The notes under the pieces are model-generated. The model had not been told where the DNA came from, ran no database searches, and saw only the letters and a program-made list of their open reading frames with translations. 64,000 bases of DNA, from contig NC_068989.1 in the NCBI RefSeq assembly GCF_001194135.2, positions 88,582,554-88,646,553 of the forward strand, given 5' to 3'. The DNA is from Octopus bimaculoides. Taxonomy: Eukaryota. Shown here piece after piece: positions 1 to 12,776 of the stretch (its first letter is position 1; every line of letters begins with the position of its first letter). The position numbers were made by a program, and so were the translations under genes.

Positions 1-331
1 CTAAAAGAAATGGAAAAACTTTCAAAATACAAAGACCTGGAAATAGAGATAACTCGAATGTGGAATCTAAAAACAGAAACAATTCCTATCATAGTAGGTG
101 CCTTAGGTATAATAAAAAAATATTCAGACAAATACATAACAAAAACACCAGGACTTACAAATATATATAACATACAGAAAATTGCACTACTGGGTACTGC
201 ACACATTCTACGCAAAACACTTTCAATACAGTAAACATAAGAGCACCACAGCAAACCACAGCACATACCCAAGGCGCACAGAGCTGCGCTCGGTAGTGAA
301 GTGAAAGCACGTTATAAAAATAAAACTACTG
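1..331 (+). mobile_element. 3' end of an R4/Dong-type non-LTR retrotransposon (restriction-like endonuclease C-terminus plus 3' UTR)
   Basis: EKLSKYKDLEIEI..MW..KT..IP..GALG is typical of RLE-clade ORF C-termini. Ends in (AAT)n at 332-357. Confidence 0.85.
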
Positions 332-360
332 AATAATAATAATAATAATAATAATAACCG

Positions 361-581
361 CATAATAATCTTTTCTACTGCAGGCACAAGGCCCGAAATT
401 TGTGGGGAGGGGGCCAGTCGATTAGATCTACCCCAGTACGCAACTGGTACTTAATTTATCGAGCCCAAAAGGATGAAAGGCAAAGTCAACCTTGGCGGAA
501 TTTGAACTCAGAACATAAAAACAGATGAAATACTGCTAAGCATTTTGCCCGGTGTACTAACATTTCTGCCAGATCACCATC

Positions 582-583
<2 letters not shown>
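361..583 (-). mobile_element. SINE family B (tRNA head, Deu/Nin-like core, (ATT)n tail). Other copies at about 640-900, 1200-1400, 1450-1668, 1690-1870, 12295-12505, 12530-12720, 12781-13000 (+), 14412-14625, 15670-15790, 23460-23670 (+)
   Basis: Shared sequence ggcggtgagctggcagaa...gagttcaaattccgccgaggttgactttgcctttcatcctttcggggtcgataaattaagtaccag with split A and B boxes. Confidence 0.85.
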
Positions 584-616
<33 letters not shown>

Positions 617-1409
617 TGTTTCTGATTTAGACTCAAAACCAGTAATTTTAGGGGAAGTTACTCAATTAACTTGATCACAACTTGACATGTATTTTATGTT
701 ATTGATCCCGAAAAGATGAGAGGCAAAGTTAACTTTAGTGGAATGTGAACTTTGCAAAGTAATAAAGATTTCTGACATGGGAATGAAGCCATGCATCTTG
801 GGAGAGAAATAGTTCACTTCGTTGAACCCAGTGTTTGACTGTTGAAGGACAAAAGTTGACATTAAGATTGAACTCAGAACGTTAAGAAGCATTTCTAAAT
901 ACTGCTACAAGTAATTATATTTAACAGTCAGCCATTTCTGATATCCACCACAATTTGATAATAATAATCATCATCATTAAACATCTGTTTTCCAAGCTGG
1001 TATGGGTTGGACAGTTTGATAGGAGCTGGTAAGCTGGAAGGCTGCACCAGAGTCCTTTCTGATTTGGAATGGTTTCTATGGCTGGCTGCCCTTCCTAATG
1101 CCAACCACTTTATAGAGTGTGTTGGGTGCTTTTCATATGGCACCAGTGAGGGTGCCTTTATGTGGTGCCAAAATAGGAGCTTTTTACATGACACGAGAAT
1201 GGGTGCTCTTAAATGGCATCAGCTCAGGAGAAGAGACTTGTTATTTATTTCGACCCCAGTACTTGATTGGTACTTTATTTTATCAGCCCCGATATGATGA
1301 AAGGGAAAAATTAACCTCAGCAGGATTTGAACTCAGAATGTAAAGCGCTGAAAGAAATATTGCAAGGCATTTCATCTGATACTCTAATGATTCTAACACT
1401 CTACTACTC

Positions 1410-1450
<41 letters not shown>

Positions 1451-1877
1451 TGTGTTTTCAAATTTTGCCACAAGGGCAACAATTTTGGGGGAGGGAATGA
1501 GTCGATTAGATCAACCCCAGTATTCAACTGGTACTTATTTTATTGACCCCAAAATGGTGAAAGGCAAAGTTGACCTCGGCGGAATTTGAACTCAGAACAT
1601 AGCGACAGATGAAATACCGCCAAGCATTTCGCCCGGTGTGCTAACGATTCCACTAGCTCACTGCCTTAATAATAATAATTATTATTATTTCAAATTTTTG
1701 CCACCAGGGTAGCTTGGGGGAGGTGGGGATGTGTTGATTATATCGACCCCATTTTATTGACCCTGAAAGAATGAAAGGCAAAGTTAACCTCGGCAGAATT
1801 TTAATTCAGAACTTGAATACTACTAAGCATTTCGTCCAACGTGCTAACAATTCTGCCAGCTCGCTGCCTTAATAATA

Positions 1878-1927
<50 letters not shown>

Positions 1928-3084
1928 AACGACAACAGCAACAATAATTTACCCACAAAAAATTCTGCTACATTCCTCCTGCAACTTTATAACAATTATG
2001 AAATTGCTGTTGCATTTTATCATGACATGAAATAATATGTTAATTGCGTTGTTGGCTATAATTATATTTGATTTAATGTGAACGGATCGTTAGAAATTCC
2101 ATGCTTCGTTAACACATGGTGCACAGCTCGGAATGATCAAATATTACTTTTTTTAGCACATGCACGCAGATGCACACTGTTAGATTTAAAATATTTCTTC
2201 CTTATTTACACAATTATTTTAAAAACAAATGCAATCTCACAGACATTTACACAAACCTATATTCACACAAACACACACACACAGACATATATATGCATGT
2301 ATGTATGTACGAGTTGTTATGTTCAAATATTTATATAGAGGGAACGAGAAATTCATGTTTGTTTTTATGTCATAATAAAAACAATTTAACACATGCTATA
2401 CTTTTTATAGAACATATATTTATTATACTTTTACAAAATGAGGAGTGACCAGTTAACGCTACCCCACTTCTTGCAAAAGTATAATAAATACACACACACA
2501 AACACATACACACAGATATATAATACACATATGTTAAATACACAAACATGCACACACACCCAATACATACACATATAGACATGTGTATATTTATGTATAT
2601 TTAAAGTTATTAATTTAAAACAACTTTATGAATAACAACGGAAAATTTACCGATAGAGAAACTTGTTACTAAAAGTAGAGTCAAGTTTATAGAAGCCATT
2701 TTGACTAGGATTCCAAGCTTTGTCCAATATCCAGCTTCAAGGTTTATTCAACCAGATTGGTTCATTGAGCCATCGAGCAAAGCATGAAATCTCCCAATCC
2801 AAACAAAAAAAAAAAAAAAAAAAACACACACACACAGATACATATAAAGAGAGGGAAACATATATCCACAGACACATGTGAAAGGCTGTACGGGAAAATC
2901 AAGTAAAATAGTAGTAAAATATTCAAACAAAACAACAGTTTTTCTAAACCACCCATAAAAATAAAGTAATAAAGTCTTATACAAATACATGTGTGTGTGT
3001 ATATACACACACACACATGCACATATGTATACACACATATATGAGCATGTATGTGTATGCATGTGTGCGTGCGTGTGTATATAT

Positions 3085-3149
<65 letters not shown>

Positions 3150-3499
3150 TACACACACACACACACGTATGTGTATATTATCATCCTTTATNNNNNNNNN
3201 NCTACAGCTGGATGCCCTTCCTAACGCCAACCACTCAGAGAGTGTAGTGGGTGCTTTTACGTGTCACCCGCACGAAAACGGCCACGCTCGAAATGGTGTC
3301 TTTTATGTGCCACCCGCACAAGCCAGTCCAGGGGCACTGGCAACGAACGTTTACATGTGTATATTAAAATATATTAACTGCTTTCACAGACATTGTCTTA
3401 AAGTCATACAAATAAAAGAATTTCTTGGCATTACTAAATCATGCCGAATAACCTGCAGGATACCATCACCGAAAGACAACTGAAGATGTTCAACCATAC

Positions 3500-3725
3500 A
3501 CTACAAATGGCCACAAAGCGACCCATTAGAGCTCCTTCCAAGTTGAAGCCAGGGGCAGGGATATAATAGGTGAGACAGACCTGCCAATACCTGGTTGAGA
3601 ACTGTGGTAGAAGACATGGAAGCTATAGACCTGGCCTGGCCACCAGCTTGTGACAGGGTTTGCAACGGTTCTCTCATTGCCTTATGCCCCATGGATAGGG
3701 GGACGGGGAGCAGAGATACTAAGGT
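3500..3725 (+). mobile_element. Degenerate 3' end of a second RTE-like LINE family
   Basis: RPANTWLRTVVEDMEAIDLAW...ALCPMDRG resembles RTE ORF ends (RP..TW.R.V...ALC). Confidence 0.55.
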
Positions 3726-4143
3726 TAATCTTATATATACACACAAACATTACACAGAGAGAGGAGAGACACAGATGCATCTGTATTGAATGTCATCCGA
3801 TCAAAATGCGATATTCTTCTCTCCATTATTATGCAATCTGGATAAGAGTACAGAATATCAGAGTTAAGTCGGTTCCCATGTAGTAGTAGTAGTAGTAGTA
3901 GTAGCATTCACGAATTACTCTACACTTCCTACCTCACACCCACATAACACCACACTACAATCTTCGAGTAAAGATAACATCATTTCTAGTAACAAGTTAT
4001 GTGTGTGTGTGTGTGTGTGTGTGTGCTGTTGTTGCATTTGTGTAAGCGAGTATGTGTGAACATATGTTTGTCTCACCTGTGGCATGGAGGGATACTTTAG
4101 CTGGCTGTTTCAATGCAACGGGAGATGACACAATCACTGCAGG

Positions 4144-4666
4144 NNNNNNNNNNNNNNNNNNNNNNNNNNNNNNNNNNNNNNNNNNNNNNNNNNNNNNNNN
4201 NNNNNNNNNNNNNNNNNNNNNNNNNNNNNNNNNNNNNNNNNNNNNNNNNNNNNNNNNNNNNNNNNNNNNNNNNNNNNNNNNNNNNNNNNNNNNNNNNNNN
4301 NNNNNNNNNNNNNNNNNNNNNNNNNNNNNNNNNNNNNNNNNNNNNNNNNNNNNNNNNNNNNNNNNNNNNNNNNNNNNNNNNNNNNNNNNNNNNNNNNNNN
4401 NNNNNNNNNNNNNNNNNNNNNNNNNNNNNNNNNNNNNNNNNNNNNNNNNNNNNNNNNNNNNNNNNNNNNNNNNNNNNNNNNNNNNNNNNNNNNNNNNNNN
4501 NNNNNNNNNNNNNNNNNNNNNNNNNNNNNNNNNNNNNNNNNNNNNNNNNNNNNNNNNNNNNNNNNNNNNNNNNNNNNNNNNNNNNNNNNNNNNNNNNNNN
4601 NNNNNNNNNNNNNNNNNNNNNNNNNNNNNNNNNNNNNNNNNNNNNNNNNNNNNNNNNNNNNNNNNN
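4144..4666. other. Assembly gap. Others: 3192-3201, 32627-33372, 33975-34159, 37200-37209, 42264-42822, 54247-54256, 58728-58921, 62693-63379
   Basis: N runs, most bordered by (AT)n. Confidence 0.99.
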
Positions 4667-4720
<54 letters not shown>

Positions 4721-4862
4721 ATATATAAATAGGTGCTATAGAAAAAGGACTAACAATAAAAGTGCATTTGGTTCCCTTCTAAGTTTCAAATATCTTATGG
4801 TGTGTTCTATCCAACAGGATAATTCCTGATTGGTTCTAGCACCAAGATGACCTAAAAAACGG

Positions 4863-5006
4863 TTACAGTTGCGTTGGCCCTGAAGTTGCCAGAAGCTTCT
4901 GTAGCTTCTGAAGGATTCTGGGTTCTTTATAGACTATGACGCCATTGGAATTACACCACTGGTCAATTCCCGATGTGGGCACTTCTGCTGAAATGTTGTA
5001 TCGTAT
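4863..5006 (-). CDS. INPP1: INPP1 terminal coding exon (47 codons plus TAA)
   Basis: IRYNISAEVPTSGIDQWCNSNGVIVYK...* parallels the INPP1 C-terminus (D-R-W-A-N-K-G-G-L-I-A-Y). Acceptor ttcttcttgcag. The six exons sum to 1143 nt in one open frame. Confidence 0.92.
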   Translation of the reverse strand: MRYNISAEVPTSGIDQWCNSNGVIVYKEPRILQKLQKLLATSGPTQL

Positions 5007-5204
5007 CTGCAAGAAGAAGAAATAATGGTTACACATGATGCATAGATAGTGGAAGCTGGGAGAAGGTAGTCGTTGGTGGAGTGACCTTTTCAGGCCCTCC
5101 TGAGTCCGCTGGATATAGTTGAAGGATCTACAGATCTCTAATGGCTGCAGAAGAAAAAACATAGATGGGAATGTGAACTGAAGATAAAAATGAAAAAATA
5201 TCCT

Positions 5205-5575
5205 GTGGTAAGTAGCTTGCTTACCAACTACATGATTCCGGGTTCAGTCCCACTGCATGGCAACTTGGGCAAGTGTCTTCTACTATAGCCTCGGGCCAAC
5301 CAAAGCTTTGTGAGTGGATTTGGTAGACGGAAACTGAAAGAAGCCCGTCATATATATGTATATATATATATGTGTGTGTGTGTGTGTTTGTGCTCCTAGC
5401 ATTACTTGACAACCAATGCTGGTGTGTTTATGCCCCCGTCATTTAGCGGTTTGGCAAAAGAGACCGATAGAATAATGACTAGGCTTACAAAGAATAAGTT
5501 CCGGGTTGATTTGCTCGACTAAAGGCGGTGCTCCAGCATGGCCGCAGTCAAATGACTGAAACAAGTAAAAGAGTA
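5205..5575 (+). mobile_element. SINE family A copy
   Basis: Collinear with 5872-6318. Confidence 0.85.
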
Positions 5576-5871
5576 ACATAATGAACTCTACTTAAGGTAC
5601 TTATGGACCAGACAGGGGTCTAGCTATGGGGGGGGGAGTCATCCCAAATTCTTATACAGATCTCACTACTCTACATTTCCATTGAATCCCCAAACAAATG
5701 ATTTGTACTCCACCTTTCGTTCAAAATATTGTTCCCTGTCCAATGAGTCATACATATGTTAACTTCTGTAGATTTGCTGCACTGGAAACCTGGAGTCTTA
5801 ATGGAATCCACTTATCATATTCTTTCAACAGTTTTGGGGTTAAAAACCTAAAGGTTGTTAAAAAAATATAT

Positions 5872-6053
5872 AGGCACATAATTGGCTGTGTGGTAAGTAG
5901 CTTGCTTACCAACCACATGGTTCTGGGTTCAGTCCCACTGTGTGGCACCTTGGGCAAGTGTCTTCTACTATAGCCTCGGGCTGACCAAAGCCTTGTGAGT
6001 GGATTTGGTAGATGGAAACTGAAAGAAGCCCGTCGTATATATATGTGTGTGTG

Positions 6054-6123
<70 letters not shown>

Positions 6124-6318
6124 TCCCTCCAACATCGCTTGACAACTGATGCTGGTGTGTTTACGTCCCCCATAACTTAGTGGTTCGGCAATAGAGACTG
6201 ATTGAATAAGTACTAGGCTAACAAAGAATAAGTCCTGGGGTCGATTTGTTTGACTAAAGGTGGTGCTCCAGCATGGCTGCAGTCAAATGACTGAAACAAA
6301 TAAAAGAATAAAAGAATA
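5872..6318 (+). mobile_element. SINE family A (tRNA head, CORE-like block, internal TA/TG microsatellite, (AAGAGTA/AAGAATA)n tail)
   Basis: ggctgtgtggtaag...ggttcagtcccactg..ggcaccttgggcaagtgtcttc, ending in the hairpin CAGTC-AAAT-GACTG. Resembles the octopus OR-type tRNA SINEs (from memory). Confidence 0.85.
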
Positions 6319-6326
6319 ACTTTTAC

Positions 6327-6681
6327 CTGATGAAGGTCGGGATCTCGTTTCAAATCTGTCACACAATCCTTGTAGCTTGCAATTCCACCACCCATTGCCA
6401 TGAGAATGGCATGAAGACCACAGGTATCCCAGTGGTAAGTACTACCTTTAGTCACAAGGTAAGCATCAACTTTGTCGTCCAATACACACAAGGCCTTATA
6501 TCCAGCACCAGCAGCATAACACAAACTAAACATTTCTTTAAGCTTTTCCTGAATACGTTGGTCTTCACTCGAACTAGTGACAATAACATTGTTCCCTGAT
6601 TCTTTAGAATCTTCCTTATCACTAAAGAAATGGACTTTGGTGTCTCCATAGCAAATTCCCCAGATGTAACGGCTTTTCCAC
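6327..6681 (-). CDS. INPP1: INPP1 coding exon 5 (355 nt)
   Basis: WKSRYIWGIC...AAGAGYKALCV...WDTCGLHAILMAMGGGI is the C-terminal signature of the inositol monophosphatase family. Acceptor ttttacttag, donor CAG|GTAAAA. Confidence 0.96.
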
Positions 6682-6926
6682 CTAAGTAAAATAGAAAAAT
6701 AAAAAAGTGCATAAACAAAAACCAATTTAAAACAGAAAAGAGCACCAGGACCATTGGTGGGGCTTGAACCAGATATTCAGGGCTTGCCAAGCGAGCACAT
6801 TACACGCTATACAACAGAGTTACTCCTTTCTCTCAAATACCAACTTGAGATAGAAAAGAGCAAGATATCTATTGTGCAGGTAGATGACTACCTTGTATGC
6901 TTTCAATGAAGCTACTGTCAATTTCT

Positions 6927-7161
6927 TATTTCTTTATTGCCAACAAGGGGCTAAACATAGAGGGGACAAACAAGGACAGACAAAGGGATTAAGTCGATTA
7001 CATCGATCCCAGTGCGTAACTGGTACTTAATTTATTGACCCCAAAAGGATGAAAGGCAAAGTCGACCTCAGCGGAATTTGAACTCAGAACGTAACGGCAG
7101 ACGAAATACCGCTAAGCCTTTCGCCCGATGTGCTAACGATTCTGCCAGCTCACCGCCTTAT
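6927..7161 (-). mobile_element. SINE family B, alternative-tail subfamily
   Basis: Family B head with tail ccctttgtctgtccttgtttgtcccctctatgtttagcccc. TSD CTGTCAATTTCT at 6915-6926 and 7162-7173. Confidence 0.9.
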
Positions 7162-7494
7162 CTGTCAATTTCTGCCAAATCCATTCACCAGACTTTGGTC
7201 AACCTGGGGCTATAGAGGAAGACACTTGCCCAAGGTGCTGTGCAGAGGGACTGAACTCAAGACCACACTGTCTAGAAGCAAACTATTTAACCACACAGCC
7301 ATATCTGTGCTTGTTTTATTATAAAATGATTATTAATGTAACTTAAAATATAGAGTGGTGGACTGACAGAAGCAATGAAATGACAGTAAAAACGCCTTGT
7401 ATACCTTGAGGTTCTAAGTTCAAACACCACCAAGGTCAACTTTGTCTTCCATCCTTCTTGGGGTCAATAAATTAAGTACCAGCTGAGTACTGTT

Positions 7495-7770
7495 GTTGTT
7501 TGTTCCTTCTCGAACCATACCTGGTTCATAAGGGCCAGTTTCCCATTTCATTAGAGTATAGGCTCCCCACCTGGATGGGACGCCAGTTTGTCGCAGGTGA
7601 GCTGCTAGATGCAGGAGGAAAGAGTGAGAGAAAGTTGCAGCGAAAGAGTCAGAAGTTCGCCATTACCTTCTGCCGGAGCCGTGTGGAGCCTAGGTGTTTT
7701 ACTCATAAACACACATATTGCCCGGTCTGAGATTCGAACCCGTGATCCCGTGACCACAAATCCACCTACT
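7495..7770 (-). mobile_element. tRNA-derived SINE with a V-SINE-like block
   Basis: B box GGGTTCGAATC. The block ctgcgacaaactggcgtcccatccagg resembles the V-SINE central domain. Tail (CAA)n. Confidence 0.65.
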
Positions 7771-7898
7771 TGCTAACCCTCCCTCCCTCTCAAAATCAGT
7801 TAAGCAATGGAGTCCAAAAAAGGAGCATCTGATATCATGGCCTCACCAATCGTTTCACTACCACTATGGGAATCTGACAAGAAAGAACAATCACCTAC

Positions 7899-8067
7899 CC
7901 ATCGTCTTCCTGGTGATGGAATGGCTGGTAAGCGACACCAATAATTGGCAGACCGGTTTGTACATCATAGACTCCAATCAACACAGAGACACATTGCAGT
8001 CCTTCGGAAATAACGTTATGTTCATCTGCTTTACTTTCAGCTGCTTGGATATATTGGGCAGTGGAAT
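7899..8067 (-). CDS. INPP1: INPP1 coding exon 4 (169 nt)
   Basis: (D)STAQYIQ...GLQCVSVLIGVYDVQTGLPIIGVAYQPF completes the DPIDST metal-binding motif across the junction. Acceptor tttcccatag, donor TGG|GTAGGT. Confidence 0.95.
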
Positions 8068-10235
8068 CTATGGGAAATAAAAAGAATACAGATTGAAAGA
8101 AGCATCACAAATGGTTTAAGATTTCCTATTTAGACCTCTCATACCTTTACATCACATCATATTGTGTTGAACAAATGGATATCATCATCATTGCCGTCAT
8201 CATCATCGCCATCATCACATTATCATCATCATTGTTGTCATCATCGTCATCATGTTAATCATCATCATCATTATCATCGTTATCATCATCATCATTGTCG
8301 TTGTCGAAATTTAACATACATGTTTTGTGCTGGCATGGGTTGGACAGTTCAACAGGGCGTGACAAGCCAGAGAACTGCATCCAGCTCTCATGTCAGCTTT
8401 GGCATGGTTTTTTAAAGCTGGATGCCCTCCCTAATGCCAATCACTTTACAGAGTGTACTGGGTGCTTTTTATTTGGCACCAGCGTCAGTGAGGTCACCAA
8501 GTAACTTGCAATGCAGGACCCCTCAACTGAGGGGTAGTAGTAGTATTAAAGAGTGGGGGGCAGCTTTTTGCCGGGTGAAGGAAAGTTGAAGTATGACAAA
8601 GGAACAGAAACAAGTGTCTTGCAGTGGAAGAGATAAATGGTGACCCCTGCTGGAAAAGGAGAGAAGATAATGGTGAAGAGGTGCCATCAGGGTGTAATTC
8701 TTGAGTTACAGGAAGGTGAACACAAGTGACGTGATCCAGAGGAGTGGAAGAGTGAATGAATAGATAAGTTTGTGAAAATGGCCAAAGGTGCTAATTTCAG
8801 GCACACTTAACAATTAAAATCGTTAAGGTTCATGACTCAAGCTGGCTAGAAATAACAGCTAAATCCCTCTCGTCTCACCCTAACCTTCATATAAAGGGAA
8901 GGTGACATGAGAATTCAGAATAATATAGGACTGGATAAAGTGACCTTTAAACAAAGAAGCGAAATGGTCTTGGCACGAATGACTTTGATCACAGGTCTGC
9001 TCAATCAAGGCTTTGACTTGGAGCCAAAGCAACACCAACAAATGTTAGAGAAATAAGTTGTTTAACCCCAGGTAATCTCCACAACAGTTGACCTCCATCA
9101 GTAACTTGCAGTTGTTGATGGTGTTTAGCTCTGGCCTAGTTGAAACCTAAAAAAGCAATTTGTTTTGAACCAAGACAGCTCTGATTCAGCAGATCCTGCA
9201 GATAAAAGATGCCTTCCAGTCATGATCATCCACCCTGCATCCAACATTTTCCAGACGCTATTCTTCTGAGAGTTATGGCCCTTCACAATTCCCTCCCTTG
9301 CTATTTTTTTGTTGTTGTTGTTTTCTTTGTGCAGCAAATTTACAGAAAGTTTTGTATAAACAACTGCACAGAACTCTTTATGAAGTCTTTAAGTTGGAGA
9401 ATTTGCTACATAAAATAGACTACAGACACTGCAATAGACTCCATGCCAAAGTAGCACTATGTATACGTGGTCTGATCAATGACAGACAAAGGTGAGCAGA
9501 GAATCTGCACCAAGAGTAAGTACCAAGCTGAAGAAAAGAAATTATCACATAAAGCACAACAGACCACGATCGTGGCCCAGATAGATGCATTTAATTTATG
9601 GACGTTTGTTGAGGTCTAATGTCACTTAAACACTCCGATACCTCCCAGAATGCAAGAGGACTAATAGTTCAACTAATGACTTTTCAGATGATGTAAAACT
9701 TGCAACCATTATATGCTAAGAAGATATTTTAACTATTTTTCGTGCGGGTGACACGTAAAAGCACCCACTACACTCTCTGAGTGGTTGGCGTTAGGAAGGG
9801 CATCCAGCTGTAGAAACTCTGCCAAATTAGATTGGAGCCTGGTGTTGCCATCCGGTTTCACCAGTCCTCAGTCATATCGTCCAACCCATGCTAGCATGGA
9901 AAGCGGACATTAAACGATGATGATGATGATGATGATGATGATGTGAGCATGGTAGTCTCATTTTCATTAAAATGTGCTCAGTAATCCATGCTATGTAAGT
10001 GCAAATCCCAGCGCTTTATGGGTGAAGTATTGAGGTGGATTCATTCAGTTAAAAAATGATGATGATATATATGATAGCTTGGGTCTTAGTTTTAGAATAA
10101 GTATGCTGTGACCCAGTGTGTTATGGGTCTGGCACAGGAAAGGCAAATAATGGTAAAGTAATGCCACAAGAAACCAATGCAACCCATGCATAAAATGGTG
10201 ACACTTCACATACACCAAGACACACACAAACATAT

Positions 10236-10439
10236 ATGTCTTTTTATTCTTTCATCTGTTTCAGTCATTTGACTGCGGCCATGCTGGAGCACTGCCTTTA
10301 GTTGAACAAATCGATCCTAGGACTTATCCTTTGTAGGTCTAGTACTTATTCTATCGGTCTCTTTTGCCGAACCACTAAGTTACGACAACGTAAACATACC
10401 AACATCAGTTGTCAAGTGATGATGGGGGAACAAGCACAA

Positions 10440-10471
<32 letters not shown>

Positions 10472-10635
10472 GATGAGCTTCTTTCGGTTTCCGTCTACCA
10501 AATCCACTCACAAGGCTTTGGTCGGCCCGAGGCTATAGTAGAAGACACTTGCCGAAGGTGCCATGCAGTGGGACCGAACCTGGGACCATATGGTTGGTAA
10601 ACAAGCTACTTACCACACAGCCACTCCTGCACCTA
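10236..10635 (-). mobile_element. SINE family A copy
   Basis: Full reverse-complement match to family A. Confidence 0.85.
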
Positions 10636-11169
10636 CACACACACACACACACACACACACGTATATCATTAATTAGTATGCTCTGTAGTGAGAGAGACAA
10701 GGTTTAGTAAGAATTACTACTAGATTATGTTTCTATGAAGTTAAGACAGATTATATATATATATATATATATGAAATTAGTAATCTCTATAGTAAGACAG
10801 ACTAGGATTAGTAAGAATCACAATTTTATAATAATGCATTAATGAATTTATGGAACCAAAATAGGACAGGTTTTCTGAGCAAACAGTATTATTATCTCCC
10901 CTTCCAACATCAAGAGATTAACACGTTATAGTATCATTAATATATTAGTTTATAAGTTACTATATTTAACTGTGAAACATTTAAAACCTACCTATGGCAA
11001 TGTTTATGTCTAACACTGGTACAAGGCTAGAAATTTTGGATGAGGGTAATCTCAACAAAATACAGGATAGTTACTACTGCTGGATCAGCTTTTGGGGTTA
11101 AACAATAACATATATACATATATATATATGTATGTATGTATATGTGTGTGTGTGTGTGTGTGTATATAT

Positions 11170-11202
<33 letters not shown>

Positions 11203-11660
11203 GTTTAACGTCTGCTTTCCATGCTAGCATGGGTTGGACGATTTGACTGAGGACTGGTGAACCAGATGGCTACACCAGGCTCCAATCTGATTTGGCAGAG
11301 TTTCTACAGCTGGATGCCCTTCCTAATGCCAACCACTCAGAGAGTGTAGTGGGTGCTTTTACGTGCCACCGGCATGAAGGCCAGTCAGGCGGTACTGGCA
11401 ACGGCCATGCTCAAAATGGTGTATTTTATGTGCCAGCCAGTCGAGGGGCACTGGCAACAATCTCGCTCGAAAATCCTTACACATGTCACGGGCACAAGTG
11501 CCAGAAAGACGACGCTGGGCACAGGTGCCATCCCGATTTCGCATTCGCTTGCCCCAATAAGTCTTCGCAAGCTGAGTTTCATGTCCAATGAAGGAGACGA
11601 TGTTGGCATTGGTGCCAGTCGTCGACTTTAGTTCGATTTCGATTTCCCTTGCCTGCATAT
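11170..11660 (-). mobile_element. RTE LINE 3' UTR/tail. Representative of about 30 copies, e.g. 960-1150, 3202-3350, 8310-8520, 9740-9945, 16555-16815, 17920-18210, 19290-19590, 21710-21915, 22310-22500, 23790-23970, 34160-34565, 35500-35705, 37400-37610, 38340-38560, 40790-41005, 47370-47565, 49650-49980, 53640-53900, 57000-57300
   Basis: Shared cccactacactctcggagtggttggcgttaggaagggcatccagctgtagaaac...CCATGCTAGCATGG...gttaaacgatgatgat. Confidence 0.88.
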
Positions 11661-12719
11661 AAATCGATCCTACACATTAGTCAGCCTCTAAAATTCTGAG
11701 GTATAATAAAGAAGATAGTAATGAAATTATTGTGTACAGTGCTCAGGTGCACTACAACTCATCAAAGATGCAGGTATAGTACACAGAATTATGTACAAAA
11801 GTCAGGAAAGTGAACAGTGTAATTTGGTTGATGGAAACTGTGTGGAAGCATGTTCTATATGTGTGTGCTCGTGTCTTTGTTCACCACCACCACCACCAAA
11901 CCACAACAACAACAACAACCAATTGATTCAGCAAAAGTTATCTGGAAAGTCTGCAAACAAAGTAAGCATGTCCCTTAGTGGTTCATGATCTGTGCATCTC
12001 TGATCATGAGCGGGTGTAGTGGGGGCACATGATAGCCATGGGTTGAGAGCAATTCTTTGGGGTATGAATAGTTCACTTCTGGAAATATGGTTGTTTCATT
12101 CAACATCCTTAAACAACCTTATTCAGGGACCTTTTGAGTGGAATGAGACACTCAACCTGATGTAAAGAGCAAGAAAAACTATTACCTGAGCTATGAAATA
12201 TTTCTTATCCTAGACTGTGAGTTTTGGTTCAATAAGAAGCATATTTTCAAGCACAATACCAATTCCATGAGACAACAGGACATCATAATAACCCTTTCTA
12301 CTATAAGCACAAGGCCTAAAATTGTGGGGGAGGGGATAGTCTATTACATCGACCCCAGTGCTCAACTGGTACTTAATTTATTGACACTGAAAGGGTGATA
12401 TGCAAAGTCAACCTCGGCAGAATTTGAACTCAGAAGGTAAGGGCAGACGAAATACCGCTAAGCATTTCGCCAGGTGTGCTAACGATTCTGCCATCTCACC
12501 ACCTTCACAGGACATAATGCTTTCTGCGAAAGGCACAAGGCTTGGAGGGGACTAGTCGATTACATTGACTCCAAAGTTTCACTGGTATTTAATTTATCGA
12601 CCCTGGAATGATGAAAGGCACAGCTGACCCCAGCAGAATTTGAGCTCAGAACTTGAAGGCGGATGAAATGCTGCTAATCATTTTGCCTTGCATGTTAACA
12701 ACTCTGCCAGCTCACTGCC

Positions 12720-12776
<57 letters not shown>

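Noticed and set aside
2640-2830. Unique-looking segment downstream of INPP1 with a minus-strand AATAAA at 2743-2748
   Set aside because: All minus-strand frames hit stops, and it cannot be tied to the INPP1 3' UTR across the 4144-4666 gap.
6320-6350. CTGATGAAGG resembling a hammerhead core (also near 56400)
   Set aside because: No stem II or GAAA follows. The 6327 instance is simply the reverse complement of INPP1 codons.
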